Part shown: one piece after another, positions 1 through 9,300 of the stretch
How positions within the stretch are numbered: the first letter of the stretch is position 1
Layout: each line of letters begins with the position of its first letter
Source: an uncultured delta proteobacterium
Lineage (GTDB): Bacteria; Desulfobacterota; RBG-13-43-22
Assembly: GCA_963743305.1 (NCBI GenBank)
Contig: CAVUPH010000040.1
Coordinates: 1 to 53,016 of the forward strand
Reading direction: 5' to 3'
Length of the DNA: 53,016 bases
The notes under the pieces: model-generated
Seen by the model: the letters and a program-made list of their open reading frames with translations, nothing else
Told to the model about the DNA's origin: nothing
Databases searched by the model: none
Program-made: the position numbers and the translations under genes

Positions 1-92
1 GTAAGCACCTATCATCGTTTTTTACCATACCTCGCGGCCGTCAGAATAGCAAAGCAAGACATCACCACTTCCTCGGAAACTTTGCTGGTTTA

Positions 93-2177
93 TCAGGTGG
101 GAACCTTCCGGATCCGGCAGCGGTTGGATTTCAGGTTCGGAAAACCCGAAACCGGGTCCGGGGACTGGGCTCCGGTGAGCTCATTGGCGTTGGCCTCCTC
201 CCAGCCCTGGGGCAGGTGGACGGTCTCCGGTTGAATGCCCGGAGTGAGCCCCGTTTTCAAGCGGATGGACCCGACCGGTGTTTCCACCTCCGCCAGGTCC
301 CCGTCGGCCAAACCGTATTGGCGGGCGGTGTCGGGGTGGATCTCCAATCGCGGTTCCGGGGCCAGGCGTCGAAGCCGGGGAAGAAAGCGGTACTGCCAGT
401 GTAGATAGGGAAGCAGGTTGGCGCCGGTGCAGAGCAGCAGGGGATAGCCGATCTCCCCCGGGGACTCCCGGGAGGGCATCGCCGGCAGCAGGGTCGGATC
501 GAGACCGGACTCCCGGAGCCGCTCCGGCTCGACCTCCACCCGGCCGCTGGGGGTCCGAAAACCGGCGGACTCGTACTTCCGGTAGCGGCGCTCGGCGTAT
601 TCGAACCCCCCGGGGCGTTCCGCCAGATCCTGGTAGGTGAGGCCGAGGTCGCCCAGGAGGTAATCGATGCCGTCCCGGGGAGCGTCCCAGGGGAAATGTT
701 CGCCGTAGCCCATGGCCCGGGCCAGCCGGATCCAGATGGTCTGGTCCGGGAGGCCGTACACCGGTTCGAGCACTTTTTTTCGCAGCAGTATGGTCTGCAG
801 GTTGTGATACAGAGGCACCCGGTGCTCGTCCCGTTCCAGGAAGGTGCAGGCGGGCAGAACGACCTGGGCGGTGCGGGTATCCGGAGAATCGACCACGTCG
901 ATGACCAGCAGAAACTCCAGTTTCTCGAGAGCGGCCCGAACCCGCCGGCTGTTCGGCCACTCCAGGGAAGGGTTGCCCCCGGCAATAATCATGGCGCGGA
1001 TCGGATAGGGCCGGCCTTCCAGAACGGCATCCGGTAGGGCCAGGGCGTGGGCCTCCCGGCGCAGGCGACAGAACAGGGGAAAGGTGTCCGCCCCCAGCGG
1101 CGGGGCCGCCGCCGGAGGGAGCGGCTCCGTAATGTCCCGGAGCCCGGGGTTTGAGGAAAACAGGTCTCCGCCCGGCAGGTCCAGGTTTCCGGTGATGGCT
1201 TTCAGAACGGCCAGCAGGCGCATGGCGGCGACCCCCTGTCCGTGATGCTCCAGGCCGTTGCCGACCAGTAGACACGCCGGTTTGGTCGAAGCATAGGCCA
1301 CGGCGACCCGGCGCACCAGCTCCGGGGCTACGCCGGTTAGGCGCTCCCCGGCCTCCGGGGCGTAGCGATCGGCGGCGGCCGGCTGCAGCGCGGCAAAATC
1401 AGTGACCCAGGCCTCGGTAAAGGAACGGTCCCAGAGACCCCCCCGCAGAATCACGTGGAGCAGGTTGGCCGCCAGGATTCCGTCGGTCCCGGGACGCAGG
1501 GCCAGATGGTAGTCGGCCAGGGCGGCCGTCGGGGTCCGGCGCGGGTCCGCCACGGCCAGGACGGCGCCCCGGCGGGCCAACCGGCGGATTTCTACCGGCG
1601 TCACCGGTTCGTTGGACACCAGGGGGTTGCCGCCCCAGATCATCAGGAAACGGGTGTGGGGGATGTCGGGGCGGGTGACCTGCCCCAGCGTGAGGGTGTC
1701 CGCCATGGTCCGCGCGGCGTTGCAGATCGATCCGACCCCCATGAAGTTCGGCGTGCCGTAGACGTTGGCAAACCGTTTCATATAGGACTTGATCTCCTGG
1801 TGCCCCACCCCCTCCCCGTGATAGATGGCCAGGCTCTGGGGACCGTAGGCCTCCCGGATGCGGTGCAGTTCGCGGGCCGTTCGGTCCAGGGCCTCCTCCC
1901 AAGAGGCCCGGCGAAGCCGCCCGTCGTCCTGGCGGATGAGGGGGGTGGTAATTCTCCGGGGCGAAGATAAGAAGTCCAGGGCCGCCAGACCCTTGACGCA
2001 CAGCCAGCCCCGGCTGTAGGGATGGTGCCGGTCGCCCCGCACCCGCAGCGGCCCGTTCGGCCCCAGGGTCACCTCCAGGCCGCAGCCCTGTTCACACATG
2101 CGGCACAGAGTGGTGATTGTCCGTTCACGGCCCCCCGGTTGGGCCAGTCGTTTTTCCTGAGAATTCATTTTCAACAT
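93..2177 (-). CDS. Molybdopterin (bis-PGD) oxidoreductase, DMSO reductase family, acetylene-hydratase-like, cytoplasmic
   Basis: N-terminal 4Fe-4S motif CRMCEQGC...LCVKG; putative Mo/W-ligand Cys in GSICN; DPRRT, VLPACTFLER and FRTPSGRVE motifs; C-terminal IHPDTA...G..EANANELT dinucleotide-binding domain; no Tat motif. Start may be 2168. Confidence 0.88.
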   Translation of the reverse strand: MLKMNSQEKRLAQPGGRERTITTLCRMCEQGCGLEVTLGPNGPLRVRGDRHHPYSRGWLCVKGLAALDFLSSPRRITTPLIRQDDGRLRRASWEEALDRTARELHRIREAYGPQSLAIYHGEGVGHQEIKSYMKRFANVYGTPNFMGVGSICNAARTMADTLTLGQVTRPDIPHTRFLMIWGGNPLVSNEPVTPVEIRRLARRGAVLAVADPRRTPTAALADYHLALRPGTDGILAANLLHVILRGGLWDRSFTEAWVTDFAALQPAAADRYAPEAGERLTGVAPELVRRVAVAYASTKPACLLVGNGLEHHGQGVAAMRLLAVLKAITGNLDLPGGDLFSSNPGLRDITEPLPPAAAPPLGADTFPLFCRLRREAHALALPDAVLEGRPYPIRAMIIAGGNPSLEWPNSRRVRAALEKLEFLLVIDVVDSPDTRTAQVVLPACTFLERDEHRVPLYHNLQTILLRKKVLEPVYGLPDQTIWIRLARAMGYGEHFPWDAPRDGIDYLLGDLGLTYQDLAERPGGFEYAERRYRKYESAGFRTPSGRVEVEPERLRESGLDPTLLPAMPSRESPGEIGYPLLLCTGANLLPYLHWQYRFLPRLRRLAPEPRLEIHPDTARQYGLADGDLAEVETPVGSIRLKTGLTPGIQPETVHLPQGWEEANANELTGAQSPDPVSGFPNLKSNRCRIRKVPT

Positions 2178-2211
2178 TACAGGCTTGTATTCCTACCGGC
2201 AATTCCAAAGA

Positions 2212-2706
2212 TCACTTCGCCCGGTCCGACTCCCCTGCCAGCCCTTCTTTCAAAGCCGCGGAGGCAATCAGCAACAACGCCCCGACGACCAGGAGAGCCC
2301 AGCCCCATCGGATTTGAACGGATTGCACCGCCTTATCCGCCAAACCGCGCAAAGGATTGCCGGCCAGGCGCATCGCCATCTTTTCTTGAAGGGCGGCCAA
2401 TTTAGATTGGATGGATATAAAAGTCAGGGCCACAACCCCGAGACTTAAAAAACCGGTGACCCAAAGACGATTGTATCGCCCGGTCAAGCTTAAGAAGAGG
2501 GAGATGACGGCCAGTATTAAGATGATGGGTCCATTCCATTGGGTGTGCTGGAAGGCATTCATGGACCCGATAACCGGATAGCTGATAATCGGGGTGAAGA
2601 CCCCCAGGAATAGCAGGCTTGAGCCAATGAGTCCGAGGAGTTGCTTCGGTTCTCTGGAAAGCCTAATCGGGGGTTTTGTCTGAAAGCTCTTATAGTTCTC
2701 CGGCAC
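2212..2706 (-). CDS. Hypothetical integral membrane protein (about 4 TM helices)
   Basis: 164-aa ORF with four hydrophobic stretches, co-oriented with the oxidoreductase. Confidence 0.7.
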   Translation of the reverse strand: MPENYKSFQTKPPIRLSREPKQLLGLIGSSLLFLGVFTPIISYPVIGSMNAFQHTQWNGPIILILAVISLFLSLTGRYNRLWVTGFLSLGVVALTFISIQSKLAALQEKMAMRLAGNPLRGLADKAVQSVQIRWGWALLVVGALLLIASAALKEGLAGESDRAK

Positions 2707-2788
2707 TGATTTATTCCGCTTAAAGACCCTTTTTACCGGTCAGGTTTAATATTTTTTTAAAATTCAATCGGTTCGTCTGGTCCGAGGC

Positions 2789-2964
2789 CAATGCCGTTGA
2801 CTTAAGGATAATTTCCCTTATCCACAGCGTCACCCCGGTCCCGGCGTCCACGGGATATACTCCAGCCGGGGTCCAGAAAGCCTGAAAAACCTGGATTCCG
2901 GCTTTCGCCGGAATGACGGAAAAGACTTAATTTCAGAACGAATTCTGTTAAGTTAACGGCATTG
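2789..2964. mobile_element. MITE with IS4-like terminal inverted repeats, carrying an internal REP-like hairpin
   Basis: CAATGCCGTTGACTTAAG at 2789-2806 and GTTAAGTTAACGGCATTG at 2947-2964 are inverted; they resemble the IS4 end as I recall it (TAATGCCGATCAGTTAAG); flanks GGTCCGAGGC / GGTCCGATCC look like a degenerate target duplication; internal CTGGATTCCGGCTTTCGCCGGAATGAC palindrome at ~2891-2917. Confidence 0.65.
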
Positions 2965-3008
2965 GGTCCGATCCCAATGCCGGTCAAAACCATTCGCCCG
3001 ATCGTGTT

Positions 3009-3623
3009 TCAATCGAGCGCAAACGAGCCGGTCTGGAAACTTCCCCCGCGGCGATACACACTGACAATTACGCCCTTGCTCGTGGTGTAGGAGCGGACGA
3101 GCGTGAGCATGGCCGGCACGGCCCCAACGCCGAAGAGCCGCTTCCCGGTGCCGAGGACCACCGGAAAGGTCAAAAGCCGGTATTCGTCGATGAGGTCGCC
3201 CGCGATCAGCGTTTGGGCCAGGCCGCAACTTCCGTGAACCTGCACCTCGCGGGAAAAACGCCCTTTGAGGTCGGCGACTTCTTTGGTGACCTCCCGAACC
3301 GGCGAGGTTTCACTCCAGCTAAACGTGGTCCGCGTCTTCGAAGCCACAAATTTGGGGAGCGAATTGAGTTTGCCGGCGATGAAGTCGTTGGGGTCGACGA
3401 TCCTCGGCCAATGGGCCGAGAAAATGTCGTACGTGGTCCGGCCCAGCAGGAAGGCATCCGCCTTCGAGAAAATATCGACCATGGTCTTCATCAAGTCCGC
3501 ATCGAAATGGGGAACGAGCCAGCCGCCGTGAGGAAAGTTCCCACTCGTGTCCTCGTTCGGGCCACCGGGCGCCTGCATGACTCCATCGAGCGTCAGGAAA
3601 GTAGTCAAGGTAAGTTCAGCCAT
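3009..3623 (-). CDS. Dihydrofolate reductase family / RibD C-terminal domain protein
   Basis: TLDGVMQAPGGP.ED, LLGRTTY, VHGS..LAQTL...LIDEYRL...PVVLGTGKRLF; GGAGG RBS. Confidence 0.9.
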   Translation of the reverse strand: MAELTLTTFLTLDGVMQAPGGPNEDTSGNFPHGGWLVPHFDADLMKTMVDIFSKADAFLLGRTTYDIFSAHWPRIVDPNDFIAGKLNSLPKFVASKTRTTFSWSETSPVREVTKEVADLKGRFSREVQVHGSCGLAQTLIAGDLIDEYRLLTFPVVLGTGKRLFGVGAVPAMLTLVRSYTTSKGVIVSVYRRGGSFQTGSFALD

Positions 3624-3696
3624 GAGGTCCTCCTGTCTGGCGAAATGCCGAATTATACCTTTTGCCTTCCGGGTTGTCGATTCGTTTCAGAAGGTC

Positions 3697-3873
3697 TGGC
3701 AGAAAAATGCCAGCCCGGCGGATCAAAAACTCCTGGAATCCTATCTCTGCCGCTTCGATTTTGAATGTTTTTTTGAAATGGGCCGCCTCTTCAGGGAATG
3801 GGCGCAAAACCCGCCGGCTCTCAGTGAAATTTCTCCTGCCGACGGATTCAGGTCCAGTGGTTTCGAGGCTTGA
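3697..3873 (+). pseudogene. Diverged copy of the last 177 nt of the hypothetical gene at 18404..19210
   Basis: Ungapped match to 19034..19210 (WQKNASPADQKLLES.LCRFDFE.FFEMGRLFREWAQN vs WRKNASPADRELLESGLCRLDFESFFEIGRLFREWAQN), ending at the same stop. Confidence 0.85.
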
Positions 3874-3962
3874 ACAACCGCTGCTTTCTATCGCAAGGTT
3901 TTGAAGCTCAAGAAAACGGTCGAACAACATTATATATTGGCAATCCTGTCGGTGACATGGCC

Positions 3963-4601
3963 TCAACTGAACAATCCCACAAGTACCGCGGTCACGATGA
4001 TCTGTAGTGCAATGATGGCCGTAATCCGGAACGGTCTATGGGCCATAAATCTTTCCGGGCCGGGTAGGGCTTTAATGAAGAAAGAGGCGTTAGCCAGATT
4101 GAATACTACGATTATCCAGAACAGAGCCATACCTCCTCGGTATACCCACCAGCAAAAAATCCCATAGATGGTCTCGAACACGAAGGCCACACCCGGATTC
4201 TTCTCATAGAGCCCCACGCCGAACTTCCTGCTGCCTGGAATCGGCGATAGGGCAATATCCCGGGCATGGCTGATCAGATCAAGCACCAGGTGAGAACATA
4301 TCCCCAGCGCCACGGCTATTCCTACATTAAGCGCCCCGAAGCCCAAGGCCAAGAGTATCCCTGCGCCCGCCGCCAAAGCCGCCGTGGAGACCACGGAGTG
4401 AGAAAACGGCATGTACTCCAGATGCACGTCACTGACCGATTTTACCCTGTTCTCGGTTGTGGTCTTTTCCACCCCGAGAAAGTTTAAGACAACCCAGAGG
4501 ATCTCGATGAGCTGGACGGACACCAGGATTAAGGCCATCGGCACATCGGGATATATCTTTTTGATAATCAGGCCGGTGGCCGCGTGATTTATAGCGAACA
4601 T
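3963..4601 (-). CDS. Membrane-bound metal-dependent hydrolase-like protein
   Basis: MFAINH start, PFSHS and SHLVLD His motifs, several TM helices. Confidence 0.7.
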   Translation of the reverse strand: MFAINHAATGLIIKKIYPDVPMALILVSVQLIEILWVVLNFLGVEKTTTENRVKSVSDVHLEYMPFSHSVVSTAALAAGAGILLALGFGALNVGIAVALGICSHLVLDLISHARDIALSPIPGSRKFGVGLYEKNPGVAFVFETIYGIFCWWVYRGGMALFWIIVVFNLANASFFIKALPGPERFMAHRPFRITAIIALQIIVTAVLVGLFS

Positions 4602-4702
4602 GATCAGGTCCTCTTTTCCGGCTTCATTTTTTTTGGAATTCGGCTTAGAAGGCTCTTTTTAGGGGGGAAAAGAGCAGGCCAAAATCCTATTTCGGCCATA
4701 AC

Positions 4703-4943
4703 TTTCAATTTGGTTCGATTAAAACTCAACCCCTTAGTCTGGTCCGACCCAATGCCGTTAATCCGGCAATAGGGTCATTGGAATCTCTGCCCCTCGGCCC
4801 ATGGGCCGAGAAAATCTCGACCTTGGTCTTCATCATGTCCGCATCGGCATGGGGAACCAGCCAACAGCCGCCATGAGGTTCTCCTCTCTTGCGAGAAGCC
4901 AAATTATAACTTTTGCATTCCAGGTTGTCGATTCGTTTCAGAA
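4703..4943 (-). pseudogene. Eroded, internally deleted duplicate of 2761..3692 (IS4-like end plus 5' part and upstream region of the DHFR-family gene)
   Basis: TCTGGTCCGACCCAATGCCGTTAA at 4738-4761 mirrors 2776-2800; 4763-4943 aligns to 3373-3692 (PHGGCWLVPHADADMMKTKVEIFSAH vs PHGGWLVPHFDADLMKTMVDIFS..FSAH) with deletions between short repeats. Confidence 0.8.
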
Positions 4944-5181
4944 TAAATTGTTCGCGGTCCTGGTAACTATTTTGGTGGAGGGCGGAAACCGCCAAACGAT
5001 TTCCGGAGGACAGCAGCCGGACCTTCGATGAATTCACCTATCAGGTCGGGTATGAGACTATTCCCTTTTTCGTAATTTTATTATATAGTGATAGTTAGAT
5101 GTCGACCAGGCGACCCTCCCTGCCGAGCTGTACAATCCCCTTTCCAGTTACTGGGGGCAACTATTCAGAAGGACGGAAACT

Positions 5182-5433
5182 TTGGTAAACTGGAATCGTT
5201 TTCAACCGAGGGAATTCGAATACGACTTCGATAGTGACAAGCTCTCGGTCCATGGGGTGTCCTTCGAAGAGGCAGTAGAAACCTTTTTCTCCGATTTCGT
5301 CGTTCGTCGAAACAGGCAGTTCAAAGACCGCTTTCAATTGATTGGCCGTACATGGGCCGGACGGCCTTTAAAGATCATTTTTCAACTCAAACCCGGCAAT
5401 GTAGTCCGAATCATCACAGGATGGCCAATATGA
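5182..5433 (+). CDS. BrnT family toxin
   Basis: FEYD...K...HGVSFEEA...F...R...IGRT...L.IIF...VRIIT pattern; stop overlaps the next ATG. Confidence 0.8.
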   Translation: MVNWNRFQPREFEYDFDSDKLSVHGVSFEEAVETFFSDFVVRRNRQFKDRFQLIGRTWAGRPLKIIFQLKPGNVVRIITGWPI

Positions 5434-5741
5434 ACGAGAAAAAAAATCCTAAGACAAAAAAGCAAACCTCACGAGAAATCGATGACCTGGTTATCTCTCA
5501 GGCCGAAAATAGCACCGCTTGGGGAGCCCCGGTTGAAGTGCGGCGGAACAAACCTGGTTCGTTCTCCATCCCTCCGGACCTCACTGAAAGGGCAACGTTC
5601 CTTGCTCGTATCCACCATGCCCCCGGAGTCGAAGAGTGGCTGGCAAGGGTGATCAAAGAGCGAATCGAGATAGAAGAGGTCGCGTATGCGACTGCGAAGC
5701 GCGAATTGAAATCCAAACGAGAACGCCGATCGCCTGTTTAA
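5430..5741 (+). CDS. Putative antitoxin partner of BrnT
   Basis: ATGA overlap with the toxin; small protein with an RHH-like segment (FSIPPDLTERATFLA...WLARVIKERIE). Confidence 0.65.
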   Translation: MNEKKNPKTKKQTSREIDDLVISQAENSTAWGAPVEVRRNKPGSFSIPPDLTERATFLARIHHAPGVEEWLARVIKERIEIEEVAYATAKRELKSKRERRSPV

Positions 5742-5929
5742 ATCCTATCCTTTTTTCAAGAATTTGATTTATAAAAATCGGGTTTTATTCTAAGGCCTCA
5801 ATTGTCCGCAAAATCTTTCCACTACCCCCACCACCAAAAAAGTTGCAGGCCATCGCCTGGTGAATGCCGGTCGACCGGATCAACCATCTCGATTTGATCC
5901 CGCCTCAGGCGGAAACCCAACTATTTGAT

Positions 5930-6097
5930 GGGATAGTCAGAATTACATTCTCGGGGACGGTTTATGCCGGCCGCTTGCCGATCGACGCGGTCGGCGTGCA
6001 AGGACAGGGAAGCACCGGCAATGCCTGTGTGAAAATTGTCCGACCGGGGCCAGGGGGATGGAGGTCGAAAGGGTCAAAAAAATGGCCGGATGGTTAG
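5930..6097 (+). pseudogene. Possible degraded 2x[4Fe-4S] ferredoxin-domain remnant
   Basis: Frame-jumping reading gives GLC..ACPIDAV...CV..CPTGA..ME, typical dicluster motifs; multiple indels. Confidence 0.3.
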
Positions 6098-6325
6098 GCT
6101 CTAATTGTTTACGACAGAAGACGGATATATTGTCTAACCGTGTATCCCAATATCAATGGCTTTCTTCAAGGGGGCAAAAACAATCTTAGGATTACTACAG
6201 ACGTCTAAGGGTATATTACGCCCTGATTCCGACATAATATTCTGGAGATAAATGGATGGAGTGAACAACGCTTTATTTGTTCTTGACAGGGAAGTTGTAG
6301 GATGTCTCCCTCTAATTGCGCAAAA

Positions 6326-9300
6326 CTATCTGAGCTTGTCCTGTTCAGCCCGAATATCCTCTTGTTGGGCATCCTCTTGATAACCTTTCGAAATTGCATC
6401 AAGCATGCGCGCCATTCTGGGCCACTTCAGGCGAGAGATCTCGGCCCAGCCATGGTATTTGTCTGCCAATGCTCGTTCCTGACCACCCCCCTCGTACAAA
6501 GCCTTCGTAACCGTGCCCCGCATATTGTAGCGTTCAATCCTCAGTCCATCTTCGATTTCATCAGCCCCCAGCCTCTCAATTACTCTCCGAATTATCTGAT
6601 GCGGCCATCCACCGTCCTCGCTGTCCGGCGAGGCATGAGCAAGGATTTTCCCTATGTATTGATCTGCAATTGCAGCACGATCAACGGCAATAGCCTTTTC
6701 CCTGACGGCATTAATCCAGTGCAGGAGGGCTTCTTCATCAAGTTGGCCACCTTCGCGTTGGCCGGGAATACTATCCATTGCTTTTAGAAGTCTGTAGCCG
6801 GTTTGGGCTCGTGCCTTCACTTCCGGGGTCGGTTCGATATCATTGTTCTTGTCCCGGTGAGCAGGCAGGAAGACATCGCAGAGCACCTCAACAAAGAAAT
6901 TGGGATCATTGGCCATAAAATCGTGAATCGCGAGCCCGCCTGCATTCATCGTCCCCAGGAGAGGCAGTGCTTGATATTCTTTCCGTGCCAGTTCTTCGCG
7001 AGGGAGGTCTACGCGCTTTCGCAAATTATCGAGATAATGACGCATATCATAAGAATTCAGTCCGAGTTTTTTTACATCGTCAGCCGTTTTCGCTTGGACC
7101 AGCTCGTTTATGGTAGCGTCAAATAGCCGCAGAAGTGATTCTGTCGGCACACCTTCTTCTTTCATTGCGACCCGATCGAAAGCCTCAGCAGCTCGTCCTG
7201 CCTCGATAAGCCGGTCAATCTGGTAGGTTTGGTCCTCCGGGGTTCCTTCAATGTTGAAAACAAACTTCCCTCGCCAGTATTCTGCCGCAACATCTTCCCC
7301 TAACGCAAGGGCATCCTCCCAGGTTGGCCTTTCATCTGGCCACAATATCAGGAGAGAGGCGATCACAGTTGGCGACCATGCTCCTTCCTTGGCCAGTTTT
7401 ATCACCGAGTTACACCATGATTCCCCAAATATCTTTTGTGCCTGCCCTGATATCTGCCCAGCGAGAAATAGGCCCGGCTTTCCTGCCAAAATAGCCATCT
7501 TAATTAAACGGTGAATTGACTCAATATCTCCTGTAAGGGATACTACGATGGAAGCGACGAATCCTGGAACTTTGGAGATTGTCCCAAGTCTTACCACTCC
7601 TTCTAGACCTCGTGTCTGCAGAATTATCTTTATAGCCTGCTCCCGCAACTCCTTCACCTTTTGCTCCCGCTGTTTATGCTCAGTTTCTCCTGAGGGCAGG
7701 TCCGGAAACCACTCGTCAAAAAGCCATCTATTCCGCTCTATGGGATCGTCTGGAGATAGACGCTCAAGAATCATCTCCAACTGGTCGACCAGTCCTTCTG
7801 CCAATGCCCAATCTGCATTTCGAAAGGTTCGGTGCTCGTAGGTGAAGTCGCGAAGCATTTCCCAAAACGCTGCTCTAAGCGGAGTCGGCAGGGGTCCTTG
7901 TGCGATGTCGTTCAACAACCCCATGGCCCTTTCTTGATGAGCAGAGCTAAATTTCCGCAACGAGCTAAGAATGGCTCGCCATCGACTTGGATCAGTCCCT
8001 ATACGGGCGAGCGCGCGTTCGACGATTTCTGAAAGATACTGGAATTCACCACGCCTGCTGCGGATATCCGCAGGGATGGCCCCAAAGTCACGCCAGCGCG
8101 GCTTTGCAGTCGGATGAGAAATTGAAGAAATCGACTTGGGAAGCAGATTCTCCAATAGCTCCCATCCAACACCAGGTTCGCGGACCAGGATCAAATCAAT
8201 AACTGCCAAACGCTGCTCAAGGGATGCATTTGTACCTAGATGCCACCAGAGAAAGATCTCCCGTAGGCTGTTGATTGGGCGGTTTGCCATCCGTCCACCA
8301 GGATCTAGACTGGCTATCTTCGCCAATAGGAGAGAGACACGAGTTAGGTAATCTGTACTCCATGCCAGGATCTCCAACGCCCAAAGCAGCCCGGTGTGCA
8401 TTGCACCGCCGCCGAAAATACCTTCCCCCTCGGCAAATAGCCGTCGGAGATCATCAGGTTTGGCCTCGAGCAATTGCTCGAGGCCATCAAGGAAAGGGCC
8501 AGGTGATGCCTCCATTAACCTTGGATATTGATCCCTAAGGCTGGCGATGACACGCCAATCATCATTCAAGCCGGGCAAATCGCGTACTACCTCATCTGCA
8601 AAGGTGTGAGGCGATTGGATACAGACAAGCCGCGCATCCTGCCCGCGCTCGGCTATCAGTAGAAGGGTTTCCGCCATACCACTCCTCAGCCATCCCGAAT
8701 GGCCCTGATCTCCTTTAATATCCTGGTAGAGCCACTCGTCCGGTGGAATATCGACCTTTGGATCGATCCTGCTGAATACATCCCCAAAAGCTCTCTTGAA
8801 ACGCACCAGGCTTTCCGCAGTAAGGCGTCGTGCAATTAACTGGAAAGCGTCTACGGGAGCTGTCAGCGTCCACATCTCGCCAATCTTCTGGAGCGGCGGC
8901 TCATCAACATTTAAAAACTCCTGGAGTTGACTTTCAACGCGCTCGTATTCCGAAATGCTAGCCAATCGGCAAAGGATCTCTCGGTCGGCTTCTCTACGGT
9001 TGTCCCATCTGCCAGCCAAAAGAGCAGGTAGAAGGCTGGGCACTGATGGTGCATCGGCCCACTGAGGACGAACAAAATTGGCATGAGGACGTTGTCGCTG
9101 GAGAATGGTAATGCTGAGCCCACAGGCGCGAGCCACACGTTCCGCTTCGTTCTGCGGAAGTCTCATCCTCTCCAGGGCCTCGGCGAACAGACGGTGCGTG
9201 GGTCTCGACAGCACTATCACATTCCGTTCAGAGCGCGCGTCATTACCCTCAGGAATGATTACGTGGCAGCCATGGGATGAGAGGAACCCGGAAACTTGGT

